Origin: Deltaproteobacteria bacterium
GTDB taxonomy: Bacteria; Myxococcota_A; UBA9160; SMWR01
Reading direction: 5' to 3'
Assembly (NCBI GenBank): GCA_032128115.1
Contig: JAQBHB010000093.1
Location: 42,577 to 106,576 of the forward strand
Length of the DNA stretch: 64,000 nucleotides
Shown: positions 54,235 to 63,034 of the stretch, piece by piece
Layout of the letters: each line of letters opens with the position of its first letter
How positions within the stretch are numbered: position 1 is the first letter of the stretch
Program-made: the position numbers and the translations under genes
Notes under the pieces: model-generated
Seen by the model: only the letters and a program-made list of their open reading frames with translations
Told to the model about the DNA's origin: nothing
Database searches by the model: none

Positions 54235-56100
54235 GTGCCATTGGACGCCGAAGCCACCTCCCACGGCGACCCGGTCCGCCGGGCGATCGATGTGCTCGGC
54301 CCCCTCGGCCTGGTGGCGCTGTTCGCAGCGCTGGCAGCCTGGAGCTGGGGCAAGTGGACCGATGTCCAGATCGATTTCGGTACCGAACTCTACCTGCCGT
54401 GGCGGATCAGCCTGGGCGATGCCCTCTATCGCGATCTCGCATCGCGCAATGGGCCCCTGTCTCATCATCTGAACGCGCTGTGGTTCCTGCTCTTCGGGGT
54501 CTCGTTGCGGACGCTGGTGTTCGCCAACCTCGCGATTCTCGCGGCGATCTCCGCCATGACCTGGGCGATCTTCCGAAGCGCTTGCGGTGCGGCGACCGCG
54601 ACCGGGGTGTGCGCCGTCCTGCTGACCGTTTTTGGCTTCTCCCAGTATGTGGCCATCGGCAATTACAACTATGTGACGCCCTATCAGCACGCCCAGACCC
54701 ACGGTCTGGCGTTGTCGATCGCGATGCTGCTGGCCCTGGCCCGGTACCTTCGGAGCCGTCGCCTCGGGTGGATGGCACTCGCCGGGGCGTGTCTCGGTCT
54801 GGTGCTTCTCACCAAGGCGGAGATCGCGGTGGCCGCGGTTTCGGCTGCCGTGGTGGGCGGGGTGTGCGTCGGCGTGTCGGAGCCGCGCGATCCGAAGCGG
54901 TGGGCGAAGCTCGCGCTCGCGTTCGCCGGCGCTGCCTGCGTTCCTCCGCTGCTTGCTTTTGCCTGGCTCGCGGCGTGCATGCCGCCGGACATGGCCCGCG
55001 TCGGCGTTCTCGGTAACTGGGCCTACCTGGACGTCGACCTGGTGAGGGATCATTTCTACGTGCACGGCGCGGGCTTCGATCGGCTGGGTGCGAACCTGGC
55101 GCGGGCGCTGGGCATGGGTCTCGCGATCGGCGCACTTCCAGCGGCGGCGTGGGCCGTGGAGCGCACCGCACCACCCGGTCGCTGGCGGACTCCGGCCGCG
55201 CTGGTCGCGGCAGGTCTCGGCTACGGCATCCTGGCGGCCCCGGGGGTGGTGCCCTGGCTGCAGGTGCCTCGGGGCCTGCCCGTCACGACACTTGCCATCG
55301 GCACCGCGGTGGCCTCGATCTGTTGGCAACGGCGAGGCGACCGGGAAGCCGTGGCGCAGTGGGGGCCGCTGGTGCTGTGGTCGGTCTTCGCCCTGGTGCT
55401 GCTGGGCAAGATGATCCTGCGCGCCCGCATCCACCAATACGGTTTCGCGCTGGCGATGCCCGCGACCCTGCTGCTGGTGGCGGCCCTGGTCCGCCTGCTT
55501 CCCGCCTGGTCCCGCGCGCGCTTGCGCGGCGGCTTGTTCAGTCTGGCGCTGGGACTCGCGGGGGTGGCGGCGGGGGTTGGTTTCTACCTGCAGCGATCGA
55601 ACGACTTCTACGCGCACAAGGACTTCGCGGTGGGAAGCGGCGGCGATCGCCTCCTGGTAGAGCCGGCGCCGGTGAACGCCCGCGGGCCGCGGGTGGCCGA
55701 GACGCTTGCGCGCCTGGGGGAGGTCGCCCCGGTCGGCTCGAGTCTTCTGGTTCTGCCTGAGGGGCTGATCCTCAACTATTGGCTTCGACTTGAAAATCCA
55801 GCCCGGTATGGTCTCTTTCTTCCAACCGAAATCGCTGCCGCGGGGGGCGGCGTCGCCATGTTGGATGACGTGCGCGCGGCCGCCCCCGACACCATCGTGT
55901 TGATGCACCGGGATCTCGCCGAGTTCGGGACACCGGCGTTCGGAAAAGCGTTGAGCAGTGGCCTCGAAATATTCGAGTGGGTGCAGGCCCACTACGAACG
56001 CACGCTGCTCATCGGCCCGCCGCCGTTCGGCGATAGCTTCGGCATCGAGATCCTCCGCCGCCGCGCGGGCTCGGGCGGACCTTCCTCAGGGCTCGACTGA
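54235..56100 (+). CDS. GT-C-like polytopic membrane glycosyltransferase (ArnT/PMT-like)
   Basis: About 620 aa. It has a first-loop acidic segment DVQIDFGTELYLPWRISLGDALYRD, 12 or more TM helices and a C-terminal soluble domain. The start is uncertain (GTG 54235 or TTG 54241). Confidence 0.5.
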   Translation: MPLDAEATSHGDPVRRAIDVLGPLGLVALFAALAAWSWGKWTDVQIDFGTELYLPWRISLGDALYRDLASRNGPLSHHLNALWFLLFGVSLRTLVFANLAILAAISAMTWAIFRSACGAATATGVCAVLLTVFGFSQYVAIGNYNYVTPYQHAQTHGLALSIAMLLALARYLRSRRLGWMALAGACLGLVLLTKAEIAVAAVSAAVVGGVCVGVSEPRDPKRWAKLALAFAGAACVPPLLAFAWLAACMPPDMARVGVLGNWAYLDVDLVRDHFYVHGAGFDRLGANLARALGMGLAIGALPAAAWAVERTAPPGRWRTPAALVAAGLGYGILAAPGVVPWLQVPRGLPVTTLAIGTAVASICWQRRGDREAVAQWGPLVLWSVFALVLLGKMILRARIHQYGFALAMPATLLLVAALVRLLPAWSRARLRGGLFSLALGLAGVAAGVGFYLQRSNDFYAHKDFAVGSGGDRLLVEPAPVNARGPRVAETLARLGEVAPVGSSLLVLPEGLILNYWLRLENPARYGLFLPTEIAAAGGGVAMLDDVRAAAPDTIVLMHRDLAEFGTPAFGKALSSGLEIFEWVQAHYERTLLIGPPPFGDSFGIEILRRRAGSGGPSSGLD

Positions 56101-57489
56101 CGCCGCGTTCCGGTAGAGCGCCCAGTGGAATCCGGAGATCGCGGCGTGCGGGAACTCCGCCACCAGCGTGTAGAGGTGGCCCCGATCGTCGCGGATGCTC
56201 TCCGGCACCCGGGCCGGGTTCTCGAGCGCATGCCGGATCACCCATTCGGGTCCTCCCGGCGGCCGCTGCTCGGCCGTGCGGTAGTCCAGACGTCGGTTCG
56301 CCGGGAGCTCGCGCGCGTAGAAGCGCAGAACCGTTCCGTTTCGGAAGTCGTGGTCACTCGAGACCACGATCGCGGGCGAATCCGTCTCCCGCGCCATCCG
56401 CAACAGCGCCTCGCGATACCCGCCGCGCCCGTACTCGAGGAAGCCCCGGATGTGGACGGCGTTGCCCGCCAGGAAACCCGCCAGGAGCACCAGACTCGCG
56501 ATTCGCCGCGCCCCTCCCCGCCGGTACAGGTCGCCAAGCAGGAAGGCCGAGAGCAGCAGCAACAAAGCGAGCGAGATCAGGAAGTAGCGGACGGCCACCA
56601 CCTCGGGTCGCAGGCTGAGCATCACCGCGACGGGCGCGATCCCGATGGCGATCGCGTACAGGATCCAGCTGTCGTCGCGCTGGCGTCGCAGCTGGCGGAT
56701 CCCGAGCGCGAGAAGGCTCGCTCCCAGGCAGGCGTACGCGAAGCCCAGGTCGCGGCTCACCCGAAGCCCCAGGCCGAAGCCGAACGTGCGCGCCAGGACC
56801 TGGTCGGCGACTGCGGGAGGGCCTCCGCCCACGGTCATCGTGTGCAGGTCGACGGCGTACAGCGCCGCCAACCCCACCAGCGGCAGGACGTGGAGCGCGG
56901 CCAGGGCCCTCACGGCGCCGGGGCGTTGCCCCAGTTGTCGCCACGACCAGACCACCGCACCCGCGTAGAAGAAGCCGAAGGCCAGGTGCGACAGGAATCC
57001 CAGAAGGGCGCTGACCGCGAACAGGGCGCGGCACCCGGGCCGGTCGCGTTCGAGGGCCCAGAGGCAGATCAGCGCGAAGAACACAGCGTACGCGTAACCG
57101 CGTGCCTCGGAGGAGAAATGCACCAGGGCGAACGACCCGGCCGCGAGCCAGGCCGCGAATACCGCCTCCGGGCGGCCCTTCCGCCAGGCGATGGCCGCCG
57201 CCAGGCCCACGCTGGCCACGCCGGCCGCGAACGCGGGCACCCGGTACCACCACCAGTCCACATGCTCGCCCAGGGCGTAGTAGATCAGGGTGTTCAGATG
57301 GTGGTTGTTCGACTGGTGGATCCGCGTGAACACCTGCAGCGGCGAGTCCAACATGCGCATGCTGGACCAGGTCCAGATCTCGTCCAGCCAGAAGTCGCCG
57401 AAGACCGGGGGCCATCGCACCGCGGCAGCAACCGCCACCGCGGCGAGGCAAAGCGCCAGGGCGAGCCGCGACCGGGTTGTTTCGCTCAC
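56086..57489 (-). CDS. GT-C fold membrane glycosyltransferase (GT39/83-like)
   Basis: 467 aa. FWLDEIWTW acidic loop-1 motif, roughly 10 TM helices and a ~110-aa C-terminal soluble domain. Its start overlaps the stop of the upstream paralogue by 4 nt. Confidence 0.6.
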   Translation of the reverse strand: MSETTRSRLALALCLAAVAVAAAVRWPPVFGDFWLDEIWTWSSMRMLDSPLQVFTRIHQSNNHHLNTLIYYALGEHVDWWWYRVPAFAAGVASVGLAAAIAWRKGRPEAVFAAWLAAGSFALVHFSSEARGYAYAVFFALICLWALERDRPGCRALFAVSALLGFLSHLAFGFFYAGAVVWSWRQLGQRPGAVRALAALHVLPLVGLAALYAVDLHTMTVGGGPPAVADQVLARTFGFGLGLRVSRDLGFAYACLGASLLALGIRQLRRQRDDSWILYAIAIGIAPVAVMLSLRPEVVAVRYFLISLALLLLLSAFLLGDLYRRGGARRIASLVLLAGFLAGNAVHIRGFLEYGRGGYREALLRMARETDSPAIVVSSDHDFRNGTVLRFYARELPANRRLDYRTAEQRPPGGPEWVIRHALENPARVPESIRDDRGHLYTLVAEFPHAAISGFHWALYRNAASVEP

Positions 57490-59003
57490 CGCCGCCTCTC
57501 ATGGATCACCACGCCCTCGTAATCGCTCACACTTTCGAAGTGGTGGATCCGGATGTCCTCGCGGTTGCCCCAGGCGATGTCCGGAGCCGCGAGGACGTGG
57601 CGGTCGTAGACGTCGGGAGACAGGGATTCCAGCAGGATCTGTCGCACCCGTCTCTCCTCCCGGGTGTGGGCGTGGCGGCGCAGGATCAACCACTCGGCGT
57701 TCGCGGCCGGCGTGAGATCTTCTCCGGTGAGACCGCCCACGACCCGGAGATCGGTGTAGAACTTCACGGGGAGATCGCCATAGGTGATCGCCAGCGTATC
57801 GCCGGGCCGCGCGTGTTGGCGCAGGAATTCGACGATCCCCTCGATGGGACCGTCGTAGTCGTGGCTGAGCTCGTGGAGATAGGGAAACAGATTGCCGCAG
57901 ACGGCCACCCAGAGGACGATCAGCGCAGCGCCCAGGAGCCGCGAGCGGCGGATCACGGCGCCCACTGCAAGCCCCGCCAGCAACAGAAGAGGCGGCGCCA
58001 GGGGTGCCAGGTAGCGCACGTAGGCGCCCGGGCTGGTGAGTGACAGGGCGGCCACGGTGACACCGCAGTAGAGCACCAGCAGCCACACGCCGCTTCGGGT
58101 GGCGCCGTCGGGGCCAGCTGCAGGTCTGCGGGCGATGGCGCGCCAGAGCAGGATTCCTGGCGGCACCAACAGGAACAGCGGGTGCAGGAAATCCGAGAGC
58201 GCGAGGCGCAGGTAGCGTCGCGCGTAGCGCAACGAACTGGCCGGATCCAGCAGGCGATCCGCGTAGTTCGCATGGTAGTTCCCGCTCCCGAACCACACGA
58301 TCCAGGGCGCGTTGACCGCTGCGGTGGCGATCGCCGCGATCAGCGTATCCCTGAATCGGCTGCGCTCGAAAATCGCAGCGTGGATCAGCAGGGCTGCAAG
58401 TGTAGTCGCCGCGTACAGGTAGTGGCTGTGGAAGAGCAGGGTGGCGGCGATCCCCAACAGGACGATCGGCTTGCGCGAGCCCGGCGTCAAACGCGTGTAG
58501 GCGTGCAGGGCCAGCAGCGAGAAGAAGGCCGCCGCCAGATACCAGCGAGACTGTCGGGCCAGGAGCAGGAAGGGCACGCAGAGCGCCAACAGGATCGCCG
58601 CGGCCAGCGCCGAGCCGCGGTCGCGCCACAGGGCCAGGCCCGTGAAATACGTGAGCAGCACGCTGGCGATGCCCAGGAGCGCGAAGGGCAGTCGCGCCGC
58701 ACCGGCGCTCTCTCCGAACAGGGCGAACGACGACGCCACCAGATAGAAGGACAACCACGGATGCCACTTCCAGATGCCGTCGTCGCCGTACTCCGCCCCG
58801 AGTTCCTGGGAGAAGGAGTTGCGGCCATCGCTGCCCAGGGGAATTCCGTTCTCCAGGGTCGAGCGTGCCAGGAGTGCCGTCTGGGCCTCGTCCTGCCACA
58901 GGTAGCGGTTGCCCAGACCGGGGAGCAGGAGCGCCGCCGCCAGCAGCAGCAACAGCATCACTTGGATTGGTTCGACGCCTCGAAGGGCCTGGCTGAGACG
59001 CAA
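57486..59003 (-). CDS. GT-C fold membrane glycosyltransferase (GT39/83-like)
   Basis: 505 aa. LWQDEAQTALLARSTLENGIP acidic loop-1 motif, roughly 11 TM helices and a C-terminal soluble domain. It has a TTG start at 59003, with an alternative ATG at 58958. Confidence 0.65.
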   Translation of the reverse strand: MRLSQALRGVEPIQVMLLLLLAAALLLPGLGNRYLWQDEAQTALLARSTLENGIPLGSDGRNSFSQELGAEYGDDGIWKWHPWLSFYLVASSFALFGESAGAARLPFALLGIASVLLTYFTGLALWRDRGSALAAAILLALCVPFLLLARQSRWYLAAAFFSLLALHAYTRLTPGSRKPIVLLGIAATLLFHSHYLYAATTLAALLIHAAIFERSRFRDTLIAAIATAAVNAPWIVWFGSGNYHANYADRLLDPASSLRYARRYLRLALSDFLHPLFLLVPPGILLWRAIARRPAAGPDGATRSGVWLLVLYCGVTVAALSLTSPGAYVRYLAPLAPPLLLLAGLAVGAVIRRSRLLGAALIVLWVAVCGNLFPYLHELSHDYDGPIEGIVEFLRQHARPGDTLAITYGDLPVKFYTDLRVVGGLTGEDLTPAANAEWLILRRHAHTREERRVRQILLESLSPDVYDRHVLAAPDIAWGNREDIRIHHFESVSDYEGVVIHERRR

Positions 59004-59146
59004 CGGTCACCCCGCCACGCGGGTCCCGGAAGTGGGCGCCGCGCGAGGATAGCGAGGCCCGCGCGGGCCCGACGCGTGTCGGGTTCGCGGCGCTATGAGG
59101 TACCGTGCTTCGCTGCACAGGATCCAGAACGGGAGGGCGCCGGGCG

Positions 59147-61489
59147 ATGAAGCCGGGTAGATTGGGAGGCGGGCAGGCGATCCGGATCCTCGCTCCGACC
59201 GGCCTCTTCCTGCTGGCGTTCGGGATTCGCGCCCTTCCCTGGCGCGCGGTGCTGGACGGGAGCCAGACCCACCTGTTCGGCAACGACGCTTTCTACCACT
59301 TGCGCCGCATCGCCTACTCGGTTCAGAACTTTCCCGACATCCTCGAGTTTGATCTCTACATCAATTTTCCGGACGGGGCAGTTCCAATCTGGACTCCGTA
59401 TCTGGATTGGATGATTGCCGGGATCATGGTCGCGGTGGGGATCCGGGACATGGAGGTGGTGGAGCGCGCGGCAGTCTGGCTGCCGCCGCTCCTGGGTGCG
59501 TTCACGGTCCTGACCCTGTATCGGGTCGCCCGCCGCCACTTCGGAGGGGCGACGGCCGCGGGGGCCGGCCTGATCCTGAGCCTGCTTTCCGCCCACTTCT
59601 GGTATTCGCAGATCGGTTTCGTCGACCACCACGCCGCGGTGGCGTTGGCGTCCACGCTGATTCTGGGCGCGGGCATGGCCCTGGTGTCGCAAGACGGAGC
59701 GTCCGGGTCCGGATGGGGGAGCGGCTGGCCCGCCGCCATGGCCACTGGAGTGGCCCTGGGGGTCAGTCTGCTGGTGTGGCCGGGAAGCCTGCTTCACGTC
59801 GTGCTGGCTGAGACTGGCTTCCTGGGATTCCTGCTCAGCCGCCGCGATCGCGCGGGCGCGGACGGATTCGCGCTGCGATGGATGGTTGCCAACGCGGTGG
59901 CGCTTGGGGTGGTGCTTCCCGCGTCCCTGTCCAGCCATTGGCCCCAGTGGGGCCGTTTCAGTCCGGTGGTCCTCACGGGCTTCCAACCGTGGCTGTTCGG
60001 TGTGCTGCTGGTGTTCGGCGGGATCTGCACGGGCCTTTGGCGCTCCCGGGTCGCCGGCTCGGGGCTCGCACGCCGGGCGGGCACCGGGCTGGCTGTTGGC
60101 GTGGCATTGCTCGCCGTCAGCGCATGGCTTCTTCCCGAGCTGGGGACCGGCGCCGAAGACGCCTGGCGTTGGATCGCCAAGCGCGAGAACTTCCAGGTGC
60201 GAGTGGCCGAATCCCAGCCCCTGTTGTTCCAGGGCGGCCACTTCGTGGGCGACGTGGCGTCGTCGCGCTTGTCGTACTTCGTTTTCGTGTTCCCGCTGGC
60301 CCTGGGGATCGCCGCCCGTTCCGCGCGCCGCGAGGGCGCGCCGCTGGGATTGTTCGTGTGGTGGTCGGCCGGGCTGTTCCTGGTGACGCTGGTACAGAAG
60401 CGCTTCTTCAACTCTTTCTCGGTATCCCTGGCCCTGATGATGGCCTGGAGTGTGCGTTGGGCTCTGGCGGCACTTCCCGAGCCCTGGCGCAGCGATCCGA
60501 CCCGATGGAATGCGGTCCGGGTGGCTGCGTGCGCGATCGTGGCGGCGTGTCTGTTTCCCACGCTCGCCAGCTACCGGCCCTACCTGGTGAATCAATGGCG
60601 CCTCGTGGGAGACGAAAATCTCCAGCTCGAGAATTCCTCGGCGCTACGGCGAGCCAGCGAGCAGGCGGCGCGCTGGCTGGAACGCTACTCCGTGAAGACC
60701 TCGGGCTGGCTGGACGAGCGCGTTCCGGAATACGGGGTGCTGGCCCCCTGGCCCATCGGCCACGTGATCGAATACCGGGGCCGGCGTCCCACGGTCACGG
60801 ACAACTTCGGCGACGACATCGGGGAGGAGAATTTCGAGAAGGCCAGGCGTTACTACCTGGCGGACGAGGAGGCGGCCTCTGAGATCCTGGAAGAGCTGGG
60901 TGTGCGGTACGTCTTCGCCCAGTCTGCCGCAAACTTCCTGGGCGAGGAGCCGGGCCGCTACTCCATGTTCCACGGCCTGTATGAACTCGATGGGATCGGT
61001 TTCGATCCCCCGGAAGACGATTCCGCACAGGGGCGCGTCAAGCCCCTTGCGCGGCACCGCCTGATCTACGAGTCCAGCCACCTGGCCCAGATGGGCCCGG
61101 GCAAGCCGGCCAGCTTCAAGATCTTCGAGTTCGTGGGCGGCGCCCAGATCGTTGGCACGGCGGCCCCGGGGGCCCTGGTGCGGGCAAGCGTTCCGCTTCG
61201 CACCAACCGCAAGCGAGACCTGTTGTACGCAACGTCGACGCGGGCCGACGCACGCGGGCGCTACGTGCTCCGGGTTCCCTACGCCAACGAGGGAGGGCCC
61301 ATGGCGACCCAGGTAGGCCCGGTCTACCAGCTCGAGTGCGAGGGTCAGATGAAGACCGCGATCATCTCGGAGGCCAAGGTCAAACGGGGCGGAAGCGTCC
61401 GGGGGCCACGCCTGTGCCGGCGCCCGGGTCGCAGCTCCGACGATGCGCCGGAGCGCGAATCGAGTCGCGCCGGGCCGGCGCTGCTATAG
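59147..61489 (+). CDS. STT3/AglB/PglB-family oligosaccharyltransferase-like protein with a degenerate WWDYG motif
   Basis: GNDAFYHLRR (first acidic motif, AglB-like D-x-x-YYH-R), GFVDHH (second acidic motif) and VAESQP (SVSE/TIXE-type EL5 motif, 60203-60220). PWPIGH (60746-60763) sits where WWDYG(H) is expected, followed by TVTDNFG. The ATG at 59147 lies 9 nt after GGGAGGG. Confidence 0.65.
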   Translation: MKPGRLGGGQAIRILAPTGLFLLAFGIRALPWRAVLDGSQTHLFGNDAFYHLRRIAYSVQNFPDILEFDLYINFPDGAVPIWTPYLDWMIAGIMVAVGIRDMEVVERAAVWLPPLLGAFTVLTLYRVARRHFGGATAAGAGLILSLLSAHFWYSQIGFVDHHAAVALASTLILGAGMALVSQDGASGSGWGSGWPAAMATGVALGVSLLVWPGSLLHVVLAETGFLGFLLSRRDRAGADGFALRWMVANAVALGVVLPASLSSHWPQWGRFSPVVLTGFQPWLFGVLLVFGGICTGLWRSRVAGSGLARRAGTGLAVGVALLAVSAWLLPELGTGAEDAWRWIAKRENFQVRVAESQPLLFQGGHFVGDVASSRLSYFVFVFPLALGIAARSARREGAPLGLFVWWSAGLFLVTLVQKRFFNSFSVSLALMMAWSVRWALAALPEPWRSDPTRWNAVRVAACAIVAACLFPTLASYRPYLVNQWRLVGDENLQLENSSALRRASEQAARWLERYSVKTSGWLDERVPEYGVLAPWPIGHVIEYRGRRPTVTDNFGDDIGEENFEKARRYYLADEEAASEILEELGVRYVFAQSAANFLGEEPGRYSMFHGLYELDGIGFDPPEDDSAQGRVKPLARHRLIYESSHLAQMGPGKPASFKIFEFVGGAQIVGTAAPGALVRASVPLRTNRKRDLLYATSTRADARGRYVLRVPYANEGGPMATQVGPVYQLECEGQMKTAIISEAKVKRGGSVRGPRLCRRPGRSSDDAPERESSRAGPALL

Positions 61490-61497
61490 GTACGGCC

Positions 61498-62898
61498 ATG
61501 GCGGAAGCAAGCTTCGATCTCATCGTGGTAGGGGGAGGTCCCGGCGGCTACACGGCGGCCATACGCGCCAGCCAGCTCGGCATGAATACCGCGCTCGTGG
61601 AGCGGGAGCATCTGGGCGGGATCTGCCTGAACTGGGGCTGTATCCCCACCAAGGCGTTGTTGCATGCTTCGGAGATTCGTCACCTGCTGGGGCGGCTTTC
61701 CGAGTTCGGATTCGAAGCCGGGGAGGTGACGTTCGCACTCGACAAGGTGGTGGCGCGTTCGCGAAAGGTGGCGAAGCGACTCAACGGGGGCGTCAAGCAC
61801 CTGATGAAGAAGAACGGGATCCGCGTTTTCGACGGCCAGGGCCGTCTGGCGGGTTCGGGACTTTCGGTAACGGCATCCGATGGGAGCACGACGGAGCTGC
61901 AGGCGCCTCATCGCGTGCTCGCGACCGGAGCCCGCGCACGAATCCTGCCCGGGCTCGAGCCCGATGGGGAACGGATCTGGACGTACAAGGAGGCGATGGT
62001 CCCCGACGTGATGCCGGAACGCCTGCTGGTGGTGGGCTCTGGGGCCATTGGTATCGAGTTCGCGAGCTTCTACCGCGACATGGGGTCAGAAGTCACCGTA
62101 GTGGAGATCCTGCCGCGAATCCTGCCGGCCGAAGACGAGGAGATCGCCGGGCTGGCACGCAAGTCGTTCGAACGAGAGGGAATCAGCATCCACACCGGCG
62201 CGCGGGTGGTCTCGACGACGCCCTCGGGCGATGGGGTGAGGGCCGTCCTCGAGCTCGCGGACGGCACCTCCCAGGAACTGGAAGTGGACCGGGTGATCTC
62301 CGCCGTTGGAATCGTGGGCAACACCGAGGACCTGGGCCTTGCGGGGACCGGGGTACAGGTGGACCGGGATCACGTGGTGGTCGACGAGTGGCAGCGGACC
62401 GGAGAGGCCGGCGTCTACGCCATCGGGGATCTGGTGGGCCCTCCCTGGCTGGCGCACAAGGCGAGCCACGAGGGCGTGCTTTGCGTCGAAAAGATCGCCG
62501 GGGTGGAGGGCGTGCACCCGCTCGATCGCAGCCTGATCCCCGGCTGCACCTACTGCCGGCCGCAGGTCGCCAGTGTCGGACTCAGCGAGGAGAAGGCCCG
62601 CGAGGAGGGCTACGAATTGAAGGTGGGTCGGTTCCCGTTCATCGCGAACGGAAAGGCGCTGGCCCTGGGCGAAAGCGAAGGCCTCGTCAAGACGATCTTC
62701 GATGCGCGCACCGGCGAGCTGCTGGGAGCCCACCTGTTCGGCGCCGATGTGACCGAGTTGATCCAGGGTTATGTGATCGCCCGCACGCTGGAAACCACCG
62801 AGGCTGAACTCATGCGCGCGGTGTTTCCGCATCCGACCCTCTCCGAGGCCATGCACGAGTCGGTGCTCGACGCCTGGGATCGGGCCCTCAACAGCTGA
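61498..62898 (+). CDS. lpdA: Dihydrolipoyl dehydrogenase
   Basis: DLIVVGGGPGGYTAA FAD motif, redox-active GGICLNWGCIPTK disulfide, VVGSGAIGIEF NAD motif and HPTLSE near the C-terminus. Confidence 0.93.
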   Translation: MAEASFDLIVVGGGPGGYTAAIRASQLGMNTALVEREHLGGICLNWGCIPTKALLHASEIRHLLGRLSEFGFEAGEVTFALDKVVARSRKVAKRLNGGVKHLMKKNGIRVFDGQGRLAGSGLSVTASDGSTTELQAPHRVLATGARARILPGLEPDGERIWTYKEAMVPDVMPERLLVVGSGAIGIEFASFYRDMGSEVTVVEILPRILPAEDEEIAGLARKSFEREGISIHTGARVVSTTPSGDGVRAVLELADGTSQELEVDRVISAVGIVGNTEDLGLAGTGVQVDRDHVVVDEWQRTGEAGVYAIGDLVGPPWLAHKASHEGVLCVEKIAGVEGVHPLDRSLIPGCTYCRPQVASVGLSEEKAREEGYELKVGRFPFIANGKALALGESEGLVKTIFDARTGELLGAHLFGADVTELIQGYVIARTLETTEAELMRAVFPHPTLSEAMHESVLDAWDRALNS

Positions 62899-63034
62899 CC
62901 CGCACCCGGTCCCTCCTGCTCCTGGGCTCCGGTACGGGGTCCTGTTATGGGGTCCGGAAGCGGCCAGTCTTTCGTGGAGGCGAGGGAATACTCTCCGCGA
63001 GGCCCGGGAGTCCGGGAGCGTGAAGGAGGTTCCC

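Noticed and set aside
53977-60595. Long minus-strand ORFs (53977..55992, 57499..59283, 59093..60595) and plus-strand ORFs (56125..57522, 57477..58043) overlapping the GT-C genes
   Set aside because: All are Arg/Gly/Pro/His-rich with no TM pattern or motifs. The partner frames encode coherent polytopic membrane proteins with GT-C loop motifs.
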